From Asterias rubens (taxonomy: Eukaryota), in assembly GCF_902459465.1 (NCBI RefSeq), contig NC_047067.1:20150001-20214000 (forward strand): a DNA stretch of 64,000 bases. The letters run 5' to 3'. The notes beneath the pieces are model-generated. The model did no database searches, had not been told where the DNA came from, and worked only from the letters and a program-made list of their open reading frames with translations. Within the stretch, counting starts at the first letter, position 1. Each line of letters opens with the position of its first letter. A program made the translations under genes and the position numbers. Positions 13,751 through 27,255 of this stretch are shown piece by piece.

Positions 13751-16264
13751 TACATTTACTGATATGTGTAAAGCATATCTCACTGTACTGTATCTGTGCG
13801 CACTGTATTTTTGGCCACAAAATTTTATGAGAAATTTAGTCTTTGCTGAAACATACAAAAATAACGCATTTCAGTAAGTGATTTCTCTCTAAACTACAGT
13901 GCATTGTGCCATTCAATGTCGATACACAACCATGATCACGGACAAGAAGTAGATAAACATCTAAAAGTGTAATAAATTATATGTGGCCATCATACAAGTT
14001 TTACTGATTAAGGGATTACTGTCTGTACTGAAAGGTATGGTCATCTGGGGTTATGATCTTGACCAAAACAAAGAAGTAATTTCAGTCTGGAAAGAATGCC
14101 TTTTAAATGTATGTAATAGTAGTAATATCTTGCAAAATAATGTATAGTTGTTCTCATTGATTTCTAAGCAGGGCAAACAAAATTGAATCTCCACAGACCG
14201 TCTTTTGCGACTTTTGGAGATTCAATTTTCGTGATGTCTATGTTTGTGAATGCTACAGCCAGAGATGCAGTTGGTACCTGCTGTCACCTCGCTCGGATGA
14301 ATTTTATATTCTTGGTGAAAACATCTTCTTCAAAAAGTAGACAATGTACGAATCAGCTTAAACTTTCATAAATGAATTTTTTGTCTTTCTTGATAATTTT
14401 GCCTATAAATCATCGTTACATTGACAAAATTTCAATCTATCAGAGACCCTACCTTTAAACATCAGGCATAAATTCATGCCATGTGTGCATTCAAATCCCT
14501 TCCTTTCTGTTCTTCTTTAACAGTATAAGGTGACTCTTCTAATTCAAACGTTAACACTCTCTTGAAAATGAAGTTATCAATCAAGTGAGTAATGAAGTCT
14601 TTTTATGGGATTTAACTTTACACCTAGTACTTACAATTGTACATTATTTTGTCATGTCACCATTCTTTGCAAAACTTTCAACCAATTTAGGTCCAAAGTG
14701 CTGCGAAAAGGAAGTTAGCAATTGGTTAAACGTCTCTTCCTCTGTGGCAAGACATTCATCAAGTGCTCCATCAACTTCTCAATGTTCAAGTCTAGAGCTT
14801 CATGAATCCCAAGTCCAAATATTTTGATATGGTCTACGACAAAACATAACTGACAATATAATTTTTACAGCCCGAACTTCCGATTTTCTAGAAGTGAATT
14901 TGACTCAGAATAGGTCTGACAGCTGGGGGTTATTGAAGCTCTGAGCTAACAACCATCAAAACAAAAAGTTAAGAATGGTTTTCATTACTATGGACTCAAG
15001 TGCAGTCTGGAACAAAACACAAATATACCCAGGAACAATCTTGGATAGAATCAAATATAAACACTTTTTACATCTGCTCAGCGATGAAACATTGTCAATC
15101 CCCAGGAGCCCAATGTGAACCATTATCACTTAGAAAGTAAATTGGTTGTTCTACTCCTCTTTTAGTCTTCAGTCTAAAAAAACAAATAAATTTCATTGAG
15201 GAAGTAGACAATGCCTTATACCATTTTTAACATCAGGAGAAGTTCGCTACAAATAAGTGAACAATCTGCCTTACCATATAGCAAAACAATGTACTTCACA
15301 AACATTTTGCCTAACTACTATAGCACTCATTGCGCACAAATCATGTTTAGTCTAAATATTGTGCTTGTTGAAACATTTCTGGACAAAGTCAGTCCTTGCA
15401 AGTACATTGTATTGTACCAGCCTACATGTAGTTCCATATCAGACTTTGCATAATTTTCAAATTGCCAATCTATCACAGACTTTTTTAGTACACTGATAGT
15501 ACCCGCCATCAAACACAGCGAGGAGACATTGTGTGCAGCATGACAACCATTTCTTTTCTCATCACCCACGCCACTTTGTCAAACGGAAAGGCAGGATTGA
15601 TTACTAGATTAGTTGCCTATTAATGCAAAGTTTGTCCACGATATTAAGCCCATGGTGCATAAATCAAGATTCACAAGGCAGCTGATGAACAACTACATGG
15701 TACAAGCAACCCTGGATAGCTCATTACCTAGTCATGTACTGCGTACATTGTAGATGAGCTGTCCAATCAAGTTCCGTTCAAAACTAATGAATGAAGAGTC
15801 CAGGCATTACAGTTCTCCCCATGCACAAGCTAGCATACCAGCCCGATTTGTACAGTTTTTATGTTTTTTAAAACATTAAAATTGTAGTTTTAAGATATTT
15901 GTAAAAACCATTTATAAGTAAAACCATTAAAAAAAATGTTCCAGATAGAGATCTAAAATCCACCTCCAGTAAAAAAACATTTCTAAGACCTTAATGTGCT
16001 TGGTCAAGAATGCCTCACAAGTTTTGAAAAATCCTGGGGAGAACCGTGGGCCGGTGCAGAAACAATTCATTCATTTATTTATTTTTATTTATTATTTATT
16101 TAGTTTTTTTGTTTGTTTTTTGGGGGGGGGACACACAGTGATTTATTTTTTAAGGCAAATTTATGCTCGGTACAGAAACCAAGATTTTTAATTGCTCAAT
16201 AGGCCTACCAGTTATAAACACTCCATTTACAGTGGTCTACTGGCCAAGTGCAAATAAAAAACCT

Positions 16265-16390
16265 AAGAACCATTCAGAACTCACTCCAACTAGTCTGGCT
16301 GGCTAGTTCAGAGTTGAAAAGCATCCCAATTCAATATGAACTAGTGAACAAGAACACGGAGTTCAAGTGAAATGACAAGCTACCCGGTCC
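16265..16390. repeat. Dispersed repeat, second copy at ~49330-49420
   Basis: gctagttcagagttgaaaagcatcccaat versus actagttcagtattgaaaagcatccctaat. Confidence 0.55.
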
Positions 16391-16962
16391 TTCTTCCCAG
16401 TTACTAAAAAAGTAAAGGACAAACCCTGAAACAACATCTGTAATTCAAATTCACTCTTGAGTCTATTTAGGAAGTTATTCCACTGTTGAACCAGCTAATG
16501 AAATCTATCAAGCAAAACTTCCCAAAGTTCTGAGTCAACGTTTCAGGGCGTCTGTGTGTGTACCCCGTCTTTCTACAACTCGCAGTCCAAATGATGACAC
16601 GAGTTGAAAAAAGGAACGGGCAATTGAATTTCCTTTTTACATTTGAGGATAAACCCGAGCAGGATGAGATAATTGCGTTAGCTTCATGGATCCTCTTTCT
16701 TATTCTCTCGCAAATCTTTCGGACTTTGGTGAGATGGCCTTGTTCGGTCTGACAAAACAGGGAACTCTCATCTGAGGATTTGTATTCAGGGATTTGTAAG
16801 ATTAATACCCTTAAATCACTTTGATTAACTGATAAGATACAAAAGGGAAGAGCCAAGGAATTCCCCACTTCTACCCAGGCTATGTGTTTATTGTGGAAGT
16901 ACAGCAACTACATTATCAACAAACAGTGTGCAATGAAACCTTAGGGCAAGGCACAAAGATCA

Positions 16963-17154
16963 GGGTCCACTTTCGCAGCGCTTGTGTTAAAAACACAAAA
17001 AGCAGCTAAGCACAAAACAATTAAGCTTATTCCATAATAAGGTTACCGGGTAGAACACCATCTCACATGTGCCATCTGTGACTGGTACCCTACACGTTTT
17101 TGCTCAGCAGCGAACTTTTTTAAAGCAACTGAGCAAAGTTATGACATTGGACCC
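16963..17154. mobile_element. MITE family B, reverse orientation, diverged
   Basis: gggtccactttc... / ...ttatgacattggaccc; contains gctaagcacaaaacaatta, the reverse of the family body. Confidence 0.55.
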
Positions 17155-17604
17155 AGCTGAATTAAACAAGTTTTCCAGTCACATCACACTCACAGCAATA
17201 AATCCGCAGAGACCAATAAGGAAACATCAAATCAAAACTGAAAGTCAGGTTATTATTTTTAACTAGTTCCTATTATCTTAAGACGCCCACAAATGAAACT
17301 GCACATTCACAAAGTACCATACCATGGTTAAAATACGAAAGTGAACTAACACTGTGCTCATGATACAATCACAAAAAGATCTGTATAAGTCACATTTTAA
17401 TCATAATTCTTAGCAATTCAAAATAACTTCATATTACAATTCAAGGATAGCCAGCATTGCCGTTAACAAATCCTATTAATGTACATTGTAGACGTGGCTA
17501 CCTAAAAAATCAACGGATGCAGCAGGAAATACTCTTTGGTGAAAACAAAATTATTAACCAGTTTCCAATTCACAATGGGCAACTTCAAATTTGTCTCCTC
17601 TTAC

Positions 17605-17865
17605 CTTGTTCTGCTCAAGCCTTCTCTTCACGATCTTTGAGCATCCAACATTGACCGAGTTGACAACGTGGGAAGTATTATACTCCAAGAAAGATCTGCT
17701 ATCAATCAGCAGAGTTTTCTCCGAACTCCCGCTGTGAAGAAGCTCAGCGAGTAGACCCGGTGGCAGCATGCGTGTCCACCCACAGATAGGGGGTACCCTA
17801 CAGTTCATTTTACGTATTGGTGTCTTGAAAGGATGGGCTACAGGTACATCTAATACTAGATGCAT
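17605..17865 (-). CDS. DUSP16: Dual-specificity MAP kinase phosphatase (DUSP8/DUSP16 subfamily), first coding exon: N-terminal rhodanese/CH2 domain with KIM; gene continues beyond this exon
   Basis: Translation ...LLAELLHSGSSEKTLLIDSRSFLEYNTSHVVNSVNVGCSKIVKRRLEQNK closely matches my recollection of DUSP16 (KVLLIDSRPFVEYNTSHILEAININCSKLMKRRLQQDK) and DUSP8. It ends at donor AAG|GTAAGA (phase 0; intron starts 17604). The start is ATG 17865 or 17808. DUSP8 versus DUSP16 cannot be resolved. Confidence 0.88.
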
Positions 17866-18666
17866 GAATGCTGCTTTGTGATTGGTCCTTTGGTGAGGAA
17901 TGGAGGATGGAGATCACGACGGAGGTGATTGTGCTCTTCATGGGTTGGGTTCTGTCTTTCTTTGTGGCTGGTTGAATTGCGTTTGAGCTTTCAAAAGATT
18001 TCTCAGTAAAAAAATCTCCACTTTCACTCAATTTGTATCTCTTGTTACTTACACTTAGCTTTTACACAGTACTTTGGACTAACTCATGACCAGACTTAAG
18101 TTAAACTCCTTTTCGAACCCTTCAACTGGTTATAACCCGTTTCCATCCAGCAGAAACTGGTTTCTTCTTGTTTTGTCTGTAAAGCAAACCACAGGAAAAC
18201 CAGATTACAATAAACAGTTCAATATTGTTATTATTATGAACTGTGTAGTCTTCTTTTTTGCATAACATACCACACACAAACAAACACCTTTTTTTTCTTT
18301 TTTTTTTAAATTGGTACCAACACACATTACCTCTAGCTATATTGGTTCATTTTTCGAAGAAAAAAAATCAGATGTAATTGCACAATATGTTGTCAGTGGT
18401 GAGGTCATTGAAATTAAAATTAACCTAAAGCCAACAGATTGTTTTTATATATTTTTTTTCTGAAGCCATGACTATATTTAGCCAGTGAGCTTGCCTCTAC
18501 ATGTAACAAGGCATTATTTGATGAGTCACTTGGCAGTGCGCGGCTGCTATGCAACGACCAGCTCGAGGTCCAACATGTACGGCCATCAGTGAACACACAA
18601 CTATAATACAATCTAGTGAAATCCTGCCTCGGTCAATAGCAGATCAGAGAGGGTCAGTTTCTCTAG
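17866..18666 (-). other. Probable long 5'UTR portion of DUSP exon 2
   Basis: Strong minus-strand acceptor ttttttgtttttcag| at 18667. An alternative internal donor AG|GTAATG near 18330 could split this region. Confidence 0.4.
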
Positions 18667-18982
18667 CTGAAAAACAAAAAATCAATTTTTTTTTTTACCT
18701 GATGGAGTTTTAATATTTTCTTGGAAAATTTATGCTGTTACTGCACAGGGTAGGGGTTCTAGGATCTGCGCAGGTGTACCACTGTTCATTAATTATATGG
18801 ATGCTGTTTTTCATAACATAATAACAGCAAAATTGGAAGCGTGAATGTATTTAAAACTGACTTACTGGAAAATTAATGTCTGCAAGAAAGCCTTAACAAT
18901 TATCGAATATGGTTTTGTGCTGAAGAATATAAATATTTGTGTCAGATAGTTGAACTCGGATAACTTACAAAATTTAAGTGGA

Positions 18983-19047
18983 GGGGCTGAAAAAGCCATG
19001 GTTTTTGACCAGTAAGGGAGGCTAAAAAAGCCATGGTTTTTGTCCAG
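18983..19047. repeat. ~36-bp tandem duplication
   Basis: ggct(g/a)aaaaagccatggtttttg(a/t)ccag twice. Confidence 0.75.
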
Positions 19048-19565
19048 ATCATTGTGGTCATTATTTCATAAAGCAACTGCTGTAGTGCCCTGTGCTTTTG
19101 CTGTGGTGCCCTGTGGTATGTTCCTGTGTACAGGTTAAGATTTTCCTGTGCCCCGGCCCTTCAACAAGAGCAAAGTTCAAGGCTTAAGCGTAATATACTT
19201 TTTTTTTAAATAAAAACTGTAAATTTAAACTATTTATTCTGATCAGCGCCTAATCAGGGATTTGTTATGAGTTATCCAATGAGCAGTGGAATCTTTTAAT
19301 AACACATGTGCTGGTATCACATTGTGAAGAGTAGAGAAGAAATTCCAGGGAAGACGATAGAAAGTTCAAAGTCAGCATGGAGCCCTGTCAGCGCCAGAAG
19401 ATGGAAGAGTACCAAGGGAATACGGCATTAGTTTTTTTATGAATTGAGAAAATTGCGATGGTATCGAGGAATGATTTACATTAGTTGCCATGTCATACAG
19501 TTGCTGCATATTTTGAAGAATGACAGAGTAACTATATGATATATCTTGTTAAAAATATTGCATAC

Positions 19566-19613
19566 AACTTGGCAAACAGAAATTTTGCAACTTGGCAAAC
19601 ACAAATTTTGCAA
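19566..19613. repeat. 23-bp tandem duplication
   Basis: caacttggcaaaca(g/c)aaattttg twice. Confidence 0.8.
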
Positions 19614-20444
19614 AAACAGGAATGGCCAATAGCACATCACTTAATTACGATTTTCACTTGTTTATGAAGGAAGAAAATGAAGGATATAGTTTATTATAGT
19701 TTTATAGAAATTAATTTATGTAATTTCTACCTCCATTAAGTCTAATCCAGGAACTATGAGGTTCTTTCTGCTTGTCTCCACGATAATGGGACAAACCTCA
19801 TAGTTCTACTTAGGACTAGGAGTAGGCCCTACATCCATTTGTTGGGAGGCCTATGATTAAATGTGCATGACAAATAAATAAAAGAGATGACACAACAAAC
19901 ATCAATTTTTTTCCAAACTCGCCTAGTTCTAGTTTATTTATTTTGCATTGACATTCCTTCAAAACCAACTAGCACGCTATGATTTATATAATAATACATG
20001 TAATGATCTAAAATGTGATTGTGTGTTTGTGGTTGTAGACCTCAAAAATTGAAAATACTAACTAATAATCGCCATTTGAATAGGGATTTTTTTAAATGGC
20101 CAATTTCACTTACATTTTTACAATATCTTTTTTCAAAACACCACCGACCTTTTCTATACTACCTTCAATCCAATCCATGAACTACTAAACTAGTCTGCCA
20201 TACTTATGGACGAAGGGTCAAACACCGAATTCAGTATTTGTATGTGTGGCAGAATACGTGTGCACTTAATTTATAAACCACAGAATAAAAAAGGCACACC
20301 ACGACCAGCTGTTTCTGCCACAGTTTAGAGTGCCGCACATTCGCCGATCGTCTGCTGCATGCACGAACAGCAGTGCAATGGCAATGCAGTAAGGCAACGT
20401 ACGTAGTGATAACATTCGAAAATATAAAAATATAAATAACTTAC

Positions 20445-20600
20445 TCCCGTTCTTTTGGCTCTTTCTCCACATTCAGGTCTCAGCCCAGGCCAGCCCTCGA
20501 AGCCCCCTTGCACACTCAATTTCTTTCCCTTCTCCCGAAAAGTCCCGCTTTTCGGCAAAATCCTTGTAAAAAGTCAACGTAAAATTTTTCTCCATAATCT
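20445..20600 (-). other. Probable non-coding first exon of the DUSP gene
   Basis: Minus-strand donor GGGA|GTAAGT (exon ends 20445) next to a locally GC/CpG-richer promoter-like region. The TSS position is approximate. Confidence 0.5.
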
Positions 20601-20770
20601 TTCACACAGTTTTTTACAGCGCTAAAGCTCCGCCATACATCATGACATGCGCATTGAGCAGCTGGTTGCCGTGCGATGAGGTCATGATCTATTTTAAGCC
20701 TGTACGTCACCTTCGGCCAATGGAGATGCGGGATTCCCCAGCCAATGACAACTCGTGCGCTCGTGGCAAG
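20600..20770 (-). promoter_or_regulatory. Putative DUSP core/proximal promoter
   Basis: Two CCAAT boxes (~20717, ~20742), CRE-like TACGTCA (20703-20709), TGCGCA (~20649) and elevated CpG, directly upstream of the putative first exon. Confidence 0.45.
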
Positions 20771-22278
20771 GGATTGCACCAAAGTTTATGAATGGGAGGG
20801 ATAACAAAAGGCCAGTGTTGTAAAGTCTGTAAACTACAAATTAACGGGCACGGAATTATGAGCACGTGCCGTGAATAGTGCTGATTCATCGGCCTGTGCA
20901 GACGTCTGACAATAGAATGGGGAATTTACTACAGTGTTTACATTCATTACTAGGCAGGGCCAAAAATACGACGAAAACAAAGTATTATAATTCATCAAAA
21001 TGTATTTTTGCATCATGTATTTTTTTTTTAGTCATTACATTATGAACGTTACACATCACCCGGATCAAGTTTGCATGGTGCGAAAATAGCATACTATATA
21101 CATTATATTTGTCTGTGTACTGAATGATGATAATAAAACATGTATCAGATTTGTAAATAAACACAAAGAATGCAGTTTCAAACATTATTTTGGAAAAAAT
21201 ACACTTGGCTTTTCTTTTGTTTACATATTTAAAGAATTTTGGCAGCAAGCAAAAGCTTGTTTATGTGTTCAGATAACAATAAAATAAAGGGAATTATGCT
21301 CAACATTAGGCCTAAACTCTCTTAACCGATGAGAGGGGACAATTCGACAATCACCTTTAATATAAAAAATAATGTACAGTGATGACGTTAGGCCTAAAAT
21401 ATTTGCAATTTAAATTTATATTTTGTTTATCACTATTGTTTTACAAGGTGTTGTTACGCGTGTCAACAAATTCAGAATGGATGACATCAGCCTTCATTAT
21501 TTTGCGGTGAATGACCAATTCTTAATAACGTGAAACTCATGCCAATAAATTGTCATTAAACATGCAATAATCACAATACAATTTTGTAGTGGACGCCGGA
21601 CTGTGACTCAATTAGCATGGCTTATCATTGGTGAATCTTTGCTGGTAGACCGACTGCATTATTGCCAACCTCGCATCAGATGTTACTGCAGTTTAGATCA
21701 GAACCTTGATGGTCCGGTTTCTCTCTCCAAGCATGACCTTCATAATAATCACAAGAATAACGGACATTTAGTGTGCAATGCATAAAATTATACTGCGCGC
21801 GCATTCAATAAATACAAAACAAATCAGAGAAAAAAATTGTATTTTTTCTATGATTTTTGGCTTGTATTAATATTGTAATTTGGACTAATTTGGACACGCG
21901 TCCCATGATAGAAAGGCTGCAATACCTAAAGATTTTTTTTCTTGTATCAGGTATTTCAGAGAACACAATCATTGACCATGCAGTGCATAAAAACATCTGT
22001 ATTTCTATAATACTTCGTTCTGACATGATTCACTATACACTCATTACATGGGTATCAAAATAATAAGACAATATTACTAATCAAGAAACTGGTGGGGTTT
22101 TATGACCACGTTTCTATGGCATGCTTGTGTAATAAGTCCGTCAGGCGATGTGGTAAACCCCTATACAGAATACAAGACCTACTGGCGCCTTAACATCTCG
22201 ATGGGTTTGGTTATGAGTTGAATCATACTATTGCATTAATTACGAACGTGTATTTGGGTATCTTTTTTGTAGAACTAT

Positions 22279-22450
22279 GGCCCTTTTCGAAACCGCGGCT
22301 TTGGCTTTGGAATCGGCTTCAGTCTCTGTTCGCTAGTCTGAAGCCCTGAGCACGTTTACGTAAAGCTCGTGCATAATATTGTCAAAACACAAGAGAGGCC
22401 AAGCTAGCCTGAGCCGAATCTGGCGCCGAAGCCGTGGTTTCGAAAGGGCC
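22279..22450. mobile_element. Hairpin MITE family C
   Basis: TIRs ggcccttttcgaaaccgcggctt / aagccgtggtttcgaaagggcc. Confidence 0.75.
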
Positions 22451-23284
22451 AGTATGCGGGGAACTTCATCGTGTTCACAATATTGGGTGCAACAACGATT
22501 TCATTGGGTGTAAAAAGTCACATGAACTTGTGGGTGTCCCGCTATTTCGATGATGGAAAATGTGGTTTTAATTGCACACTGCATGCAAAATGTCACAACA
22601 CACTCCTCAAAGTGAACATTTTGCTGCCACTTTATCTTCTGCACTCAATGTAATGTTTCAAAATACTGCTCCCTGGGTGTGCATTGTGCAACTTGTGGAC
22701 AATTCTTGGTGTTCTTCGAGACGTATCGAAACGGCTTTTTTTATTTTTTTTTATTTTTTTTACGACTTTATTTAATTGTCTCTTTAACTATCTGTGTTCA
22801 ACTTTATAAATTTATCCCATGCATTCATGAGCTAAATTCGGCATTACTTGTTATGACTTTTTTTTGAAGAGGAAGGTTTCAAAATACATTAATATGAAGT
22901 TTTGCCGAAACTAAGGTAGCCCTATATCTTTTGTATACAAAAATAAGGATGTAGACACCAGCACTGTACCGTTCTTACAGACAGATCTGTCCAAAGTCCG
23001 TGCCCACTCACCAGGACACGGATCATACAGACCGGGCTAGATGAGTCATTTTGACGGGGGGCTTAACGGTCAAACTCCCGACTTTACGGGGAAGTTATTA
23101 TTGTGTACAAAACACACAGAACCATTAGCCACCTTTGTATCAAGGCGGATTATATTTCCCGGTTTTGTTCCTTAATAGAAAATATTGGAAAGGCAACAAA
23201 AACAAGTGTCGAAATTGTATTGATTTTATTTGGGTTAAACTAGGTTGAATTGACATAGGTCAGTCTGAAATGCACTGTCCATGG

Positions 23285-23595
23285 ACAGGAGCTGATAAAA
23301 ACATTGTGAGAAACGACCCTCTCTGAAGTAACGTAGTTTTTTTTTAGAAAGAGGTAGTTTCTTACTTAAATATTTGAATCTGAGAAAGACTTCAGTCCTG
23401 AAGCTTTTCCCAGGCATCTGAGAGTGAGAGAACACAATATTGTGCAACAATGGTGTTTTTTCTTTTGTTTTTACTGTCTTGCAACTTCGATGACCAATTG
23501 AGCCCAAATTTCACAGATTTGTGATTTTGTGCATATGTTGGGATACGCCAAGCGAGAATGGTCTTTGACATTACCAAAGGTGTCCAGCACCTTTG
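23285..23595. mobile_element. Family A MITE, truncated
   Basis: Shared body (aaaacattgtgagaaacg...ggatacgccaagcgag) and right TIR gtgtccagcaccttt. Confidence 0.75.
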
Positions 23596-24222
23596 AGGGA
23601 AATTAGTATCATACCATGCAATACTGAATGGAACGGTTTGTACAAAATTAATGCTTCTTCAATCGGCTAGACGAATAAGAGGCAATTTTCGGGGTATCTT
23701 CTGGGACTTGGTTGGGTGATGTCATCCACACCGGAAAATTGGGGTTATGGAGGGGAAATTTGGTCTAATTGTTTCTTCCCAAGTTTCCATGGAAAGATTG
23801 AGTGTCGAGAGTGGTTTGTACATGGGTTTATTCTACACAAGCATCTTATTTGATTTTTTTCTTAGATTTTAATTTTCGTTATTGTATGAATCGTCAACAT
23901 GTGTTATTACTTGAGTTGGTTTCCTTTGGAATAGGCCTACGCGTTGTGTGCTTTCAGGACAATGGTTGCAAATTTGAGTTAGTGACGACTGCCATAAATC
24001 ATATTGGCCGTGTCTCTAAAGGGTTGTATTGTGGGTATACCTTCGTTCAAATATTTTGCTTCTAAATTTCTCCCATGATGCTCGTAAGACATAATGTTTT
24101 TGTTCCTTCGTAATGCAAGACCGATGCAAGCTCAATTATTTCAGCATTTTATTGTTGGTGCACTGCTGTAGACAAATCTATTTGGGACGTGCTGCTCCAG
24201 TTTTCCCGCTATTGATTCAAAT

Positions 24223-24367
24223 GGCCGTATCCGAATTGGCGACAAGGACTACGGCTACGGCTACGACTGGATCGTTACGTCATTATACGCTGAGGTATAG
24301 GACGTCCCTAACAGCACCCTTAGCAACAGCCGTATCCGAAGCTCTAGCCGCCAATTCGGATACAGCT
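24223..24367. mobile_element. MITE family D
   Basis: TIRs ggccgtatccgaattggcg / cgccaattcggatacagct; body ctacggctac...ccttagcaacag. Confidence 0.75.
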
Positions 24368-26464
24368 CTAGGGTTCTTTAACTTGAATTTGATTACCCTC
24401 CCTTAACAGGAGAAGCCAAACTTAGGGTCCCTGGGGATCGGAGCGGCAGCCCCCGTGTGGCTCTCAAACAGATACTGAAGATGCCTCATTACATTGGTAT
24501 CTATAATGAGGACACTTCTTATTGATCCTCTATTTTAAATAATGAATGTTACAATGTCATCTATTGCTACATGTTGTAATGCATATATCATTTGTGTTAT
24601 TCTCCTGGGGTTATTCTCCTAGGGAACGTTCCTGAACTGGGAATCAAACATTCAGTCAATCAACTGACATTTCATTTCAAAAATTAGTCGGCGTCATGTA
24701 GCTACCACATGGCTTTTGTCAAAAATATGCTGTCAGATCTACCATATAGAGCTAGGACCAACAAGCCACAATACAAAATGCAGTTCTACAGTATGTTTTA
24801 TACCACAATGTGTAATAATTGGATAACTACTCGTACTATGTTCTTGTCTTCTGAAACGAGGTTTCACAATACATCTTGCAAAAGGCTATACGTTGTAGGC
24901 CTATGTGTGAAGATAACCAATGGCATTAATTAACGCACAGCTATGAGTTTCCATCTTTGTGTCAACTACGTCAGCACCGGCTCTCTATGGCGGGAATTAT
25001 TATGATCATCATCAAGGTGGTGATTATAAGTGAAGCCATTACGGTGACTCATTCCCCTATTCAAACCTTTGGAAATGACTCTATATTTAGATTTCATAAT
25101 CTTTGATTGGCAGACGGACTGATGGAGGAAATGCACAAAAGGATGAGAGGAGAGGGTATCATGTTGTCATGGAGTAAAGACGTAAGAAATTCTCAAGTCG
25201 TTTTTTGAGATTTATTGTCGGGATGATGATGATGATGCTTAGGGAGATTGGAAAGAATGAGGAAACAAGAGAAGATGACATGACTAGGTATGGGGAATCA
25301 ATAATGCAGATGGTATGATGATAATAATGACTTGAAGAAGGAAGCATGTGTTATAAGATGGTGGTGATGAGAGTTTTTTTTAATCATGCAAAGTCTTCGG
25401 TTGTGTTGGTTGCCACATTAGCAGCATAGTCGTCTTTCTCCTCTATGTTTCTCATCATTTTCCTACACATTATTACCTATTAACGGTATTTTCTTCATTG
25501 AAATTAAAATATACAATTACAAAACAACAATTAACACACAACAAACAAACAAACACCCCAACAAACAAAAACTTGATAATGCTGCATGTGATATGTCTGT
25601 TATTTTTTTATATTTTTTTTTATTAAAGGGTGGATTCTGATTATACATTTTTCAATAGAGTATAGTAATTATTTTGTTATTAAAGTGTTCTGGGGAAAAA
25701 CCCAACTGAAATAAACAGCTACTTTCACACTCGGTTTTCTTTTCACATGACTGTTTAACAAATATCTGTAAATATTCTATCATAGAGTCGAATGCTTCCT
25801 GCTAGCCTAAATGGAAACCGGAAATTAAACGAGGGCATAACGATATTTCCCCGTGACTTATTTTATCATGCCAACCTACATTTCCGACTTCATTCCTAAA
25901 CAAATAGTCATTCGCAAGAAGACATAAAAAATTGCGTTTTTGAACAATACAAGCGGAACACTGTTAAAGGTGGAACAATTACATCTATTTTTAAATGATA
26001 ATATTCCGAGAACCTTGAATTCTAAATCGTCAAATTCTGAGACCCGTTTGACTGTAACTCCACCAACCAAGTGAAAGCTTCATTGGTTGAACTTTCCTTT
26101 GTGGAATTGTGTATGACCCCCTCCTATACGTATATCTTTGGGTTTTTTCTACAGACCCATACAAAGGAGAACAAAAGGTAGACCCCCAAACCGATGTTTC
26201 CCACAGACTTTTAAAGTTCATCTGCCTTCCCGACCATGGCACACACGCAACTCCCCCCCCCCCCCCCAGCTCACCCAAAAGGATGCAGCGGTAAGACTCG
26301 GTGAAGCGGGTCCGCCCTAACATTTTCTTAACAAAGTGAATAAAAACTTTTTCATACAAAGAACATTGCCAGGCAAATGTACTTTCTGTAATAAAAATAA
26401 TAGATGGGCATAAGTAGCAATAGTGTGAATGACATGGCATTTCAGATGGTTTTGTGGAGTCCAC

Positions 26465-26618
26465 ATTGGGTGCGTTCGTTTAGCTTCTCCGGGTCGACCC
26501 CGGTGTGTTGTTTTTTTTCCCAGGACGAACGTGTGCAGATAATTACCCACGTTCGTCCTGGAAAAAAACCCGTCACACACCGGGGTCGACCCAGGGAAGC
26601 TAAACGAACGCACCCAAT
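26465..26618. mobile_element. Near-perfect palindromic (fold-back) MITE
   Basis: attgggtgcgttcgtttagcttc...ccaggacgaacgtg [~12-nt loop] cacgttcgtcctgg...gaagctaaacgaacgcacccaat; arms of about 70 bp. Confidence 0.85.
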
Positions 26619-27255
26619 ATTGGCGATTAAAAATGGCGGACTGCGTCAGTTCACGAGAAAAGGAAAACCACACACTTTCAAAGGTTTTTGATTTGTGTGA
26701 ATCATTAGGTCCTACTTTTAAAACATCTTTCCATCAATTTACTTTCACAAACGCCTTTTATAGCCCAAATGTTCAATTAAAAAAAAAACTATACACAAAC
26801 ATGATAAAAAAAAATCATATGATAGTACCAAATATGATTTCGAATATTAAAACCAAATGGCATGCTTCTGCATGTTTATTATTTTATGTACACTGCCTGC
26901 CAGTTTATTCAATAATAATTTAATTTCAACCCATTCCAATAGCTGGGGGCAAACACAACACACAAATGGAATCACAGTAATCTCATTAGTGTTTATTTTT
27001 TTCCTTTTGATGTGTATGTGTGTGTAGAGGCTCACTTTGAATTTTAAAGGCCCGTATTCTATATAGATACAAAATACTTTCCTAAAATCGTTTACGTGTG
27101 ATTTTTCTTTAAGATTATAACATATCACATATCAGGCAGTTTTCCTCGTAAAAAGTTGGAAATAGTTTACAAGTTGCCCTTAGTTTTTGTTCAGCCAGAA
27201 TTAAAGATAAATTGCGAGAAAGGGCAGGAAAAGAGCCAGATCAAGGTAAGTCGAG

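Noticed and set aside
26317-26691. Two opposite-strand ORFs with near-identical peptides
   Set aside because: Artefact of the palindromic MITE.
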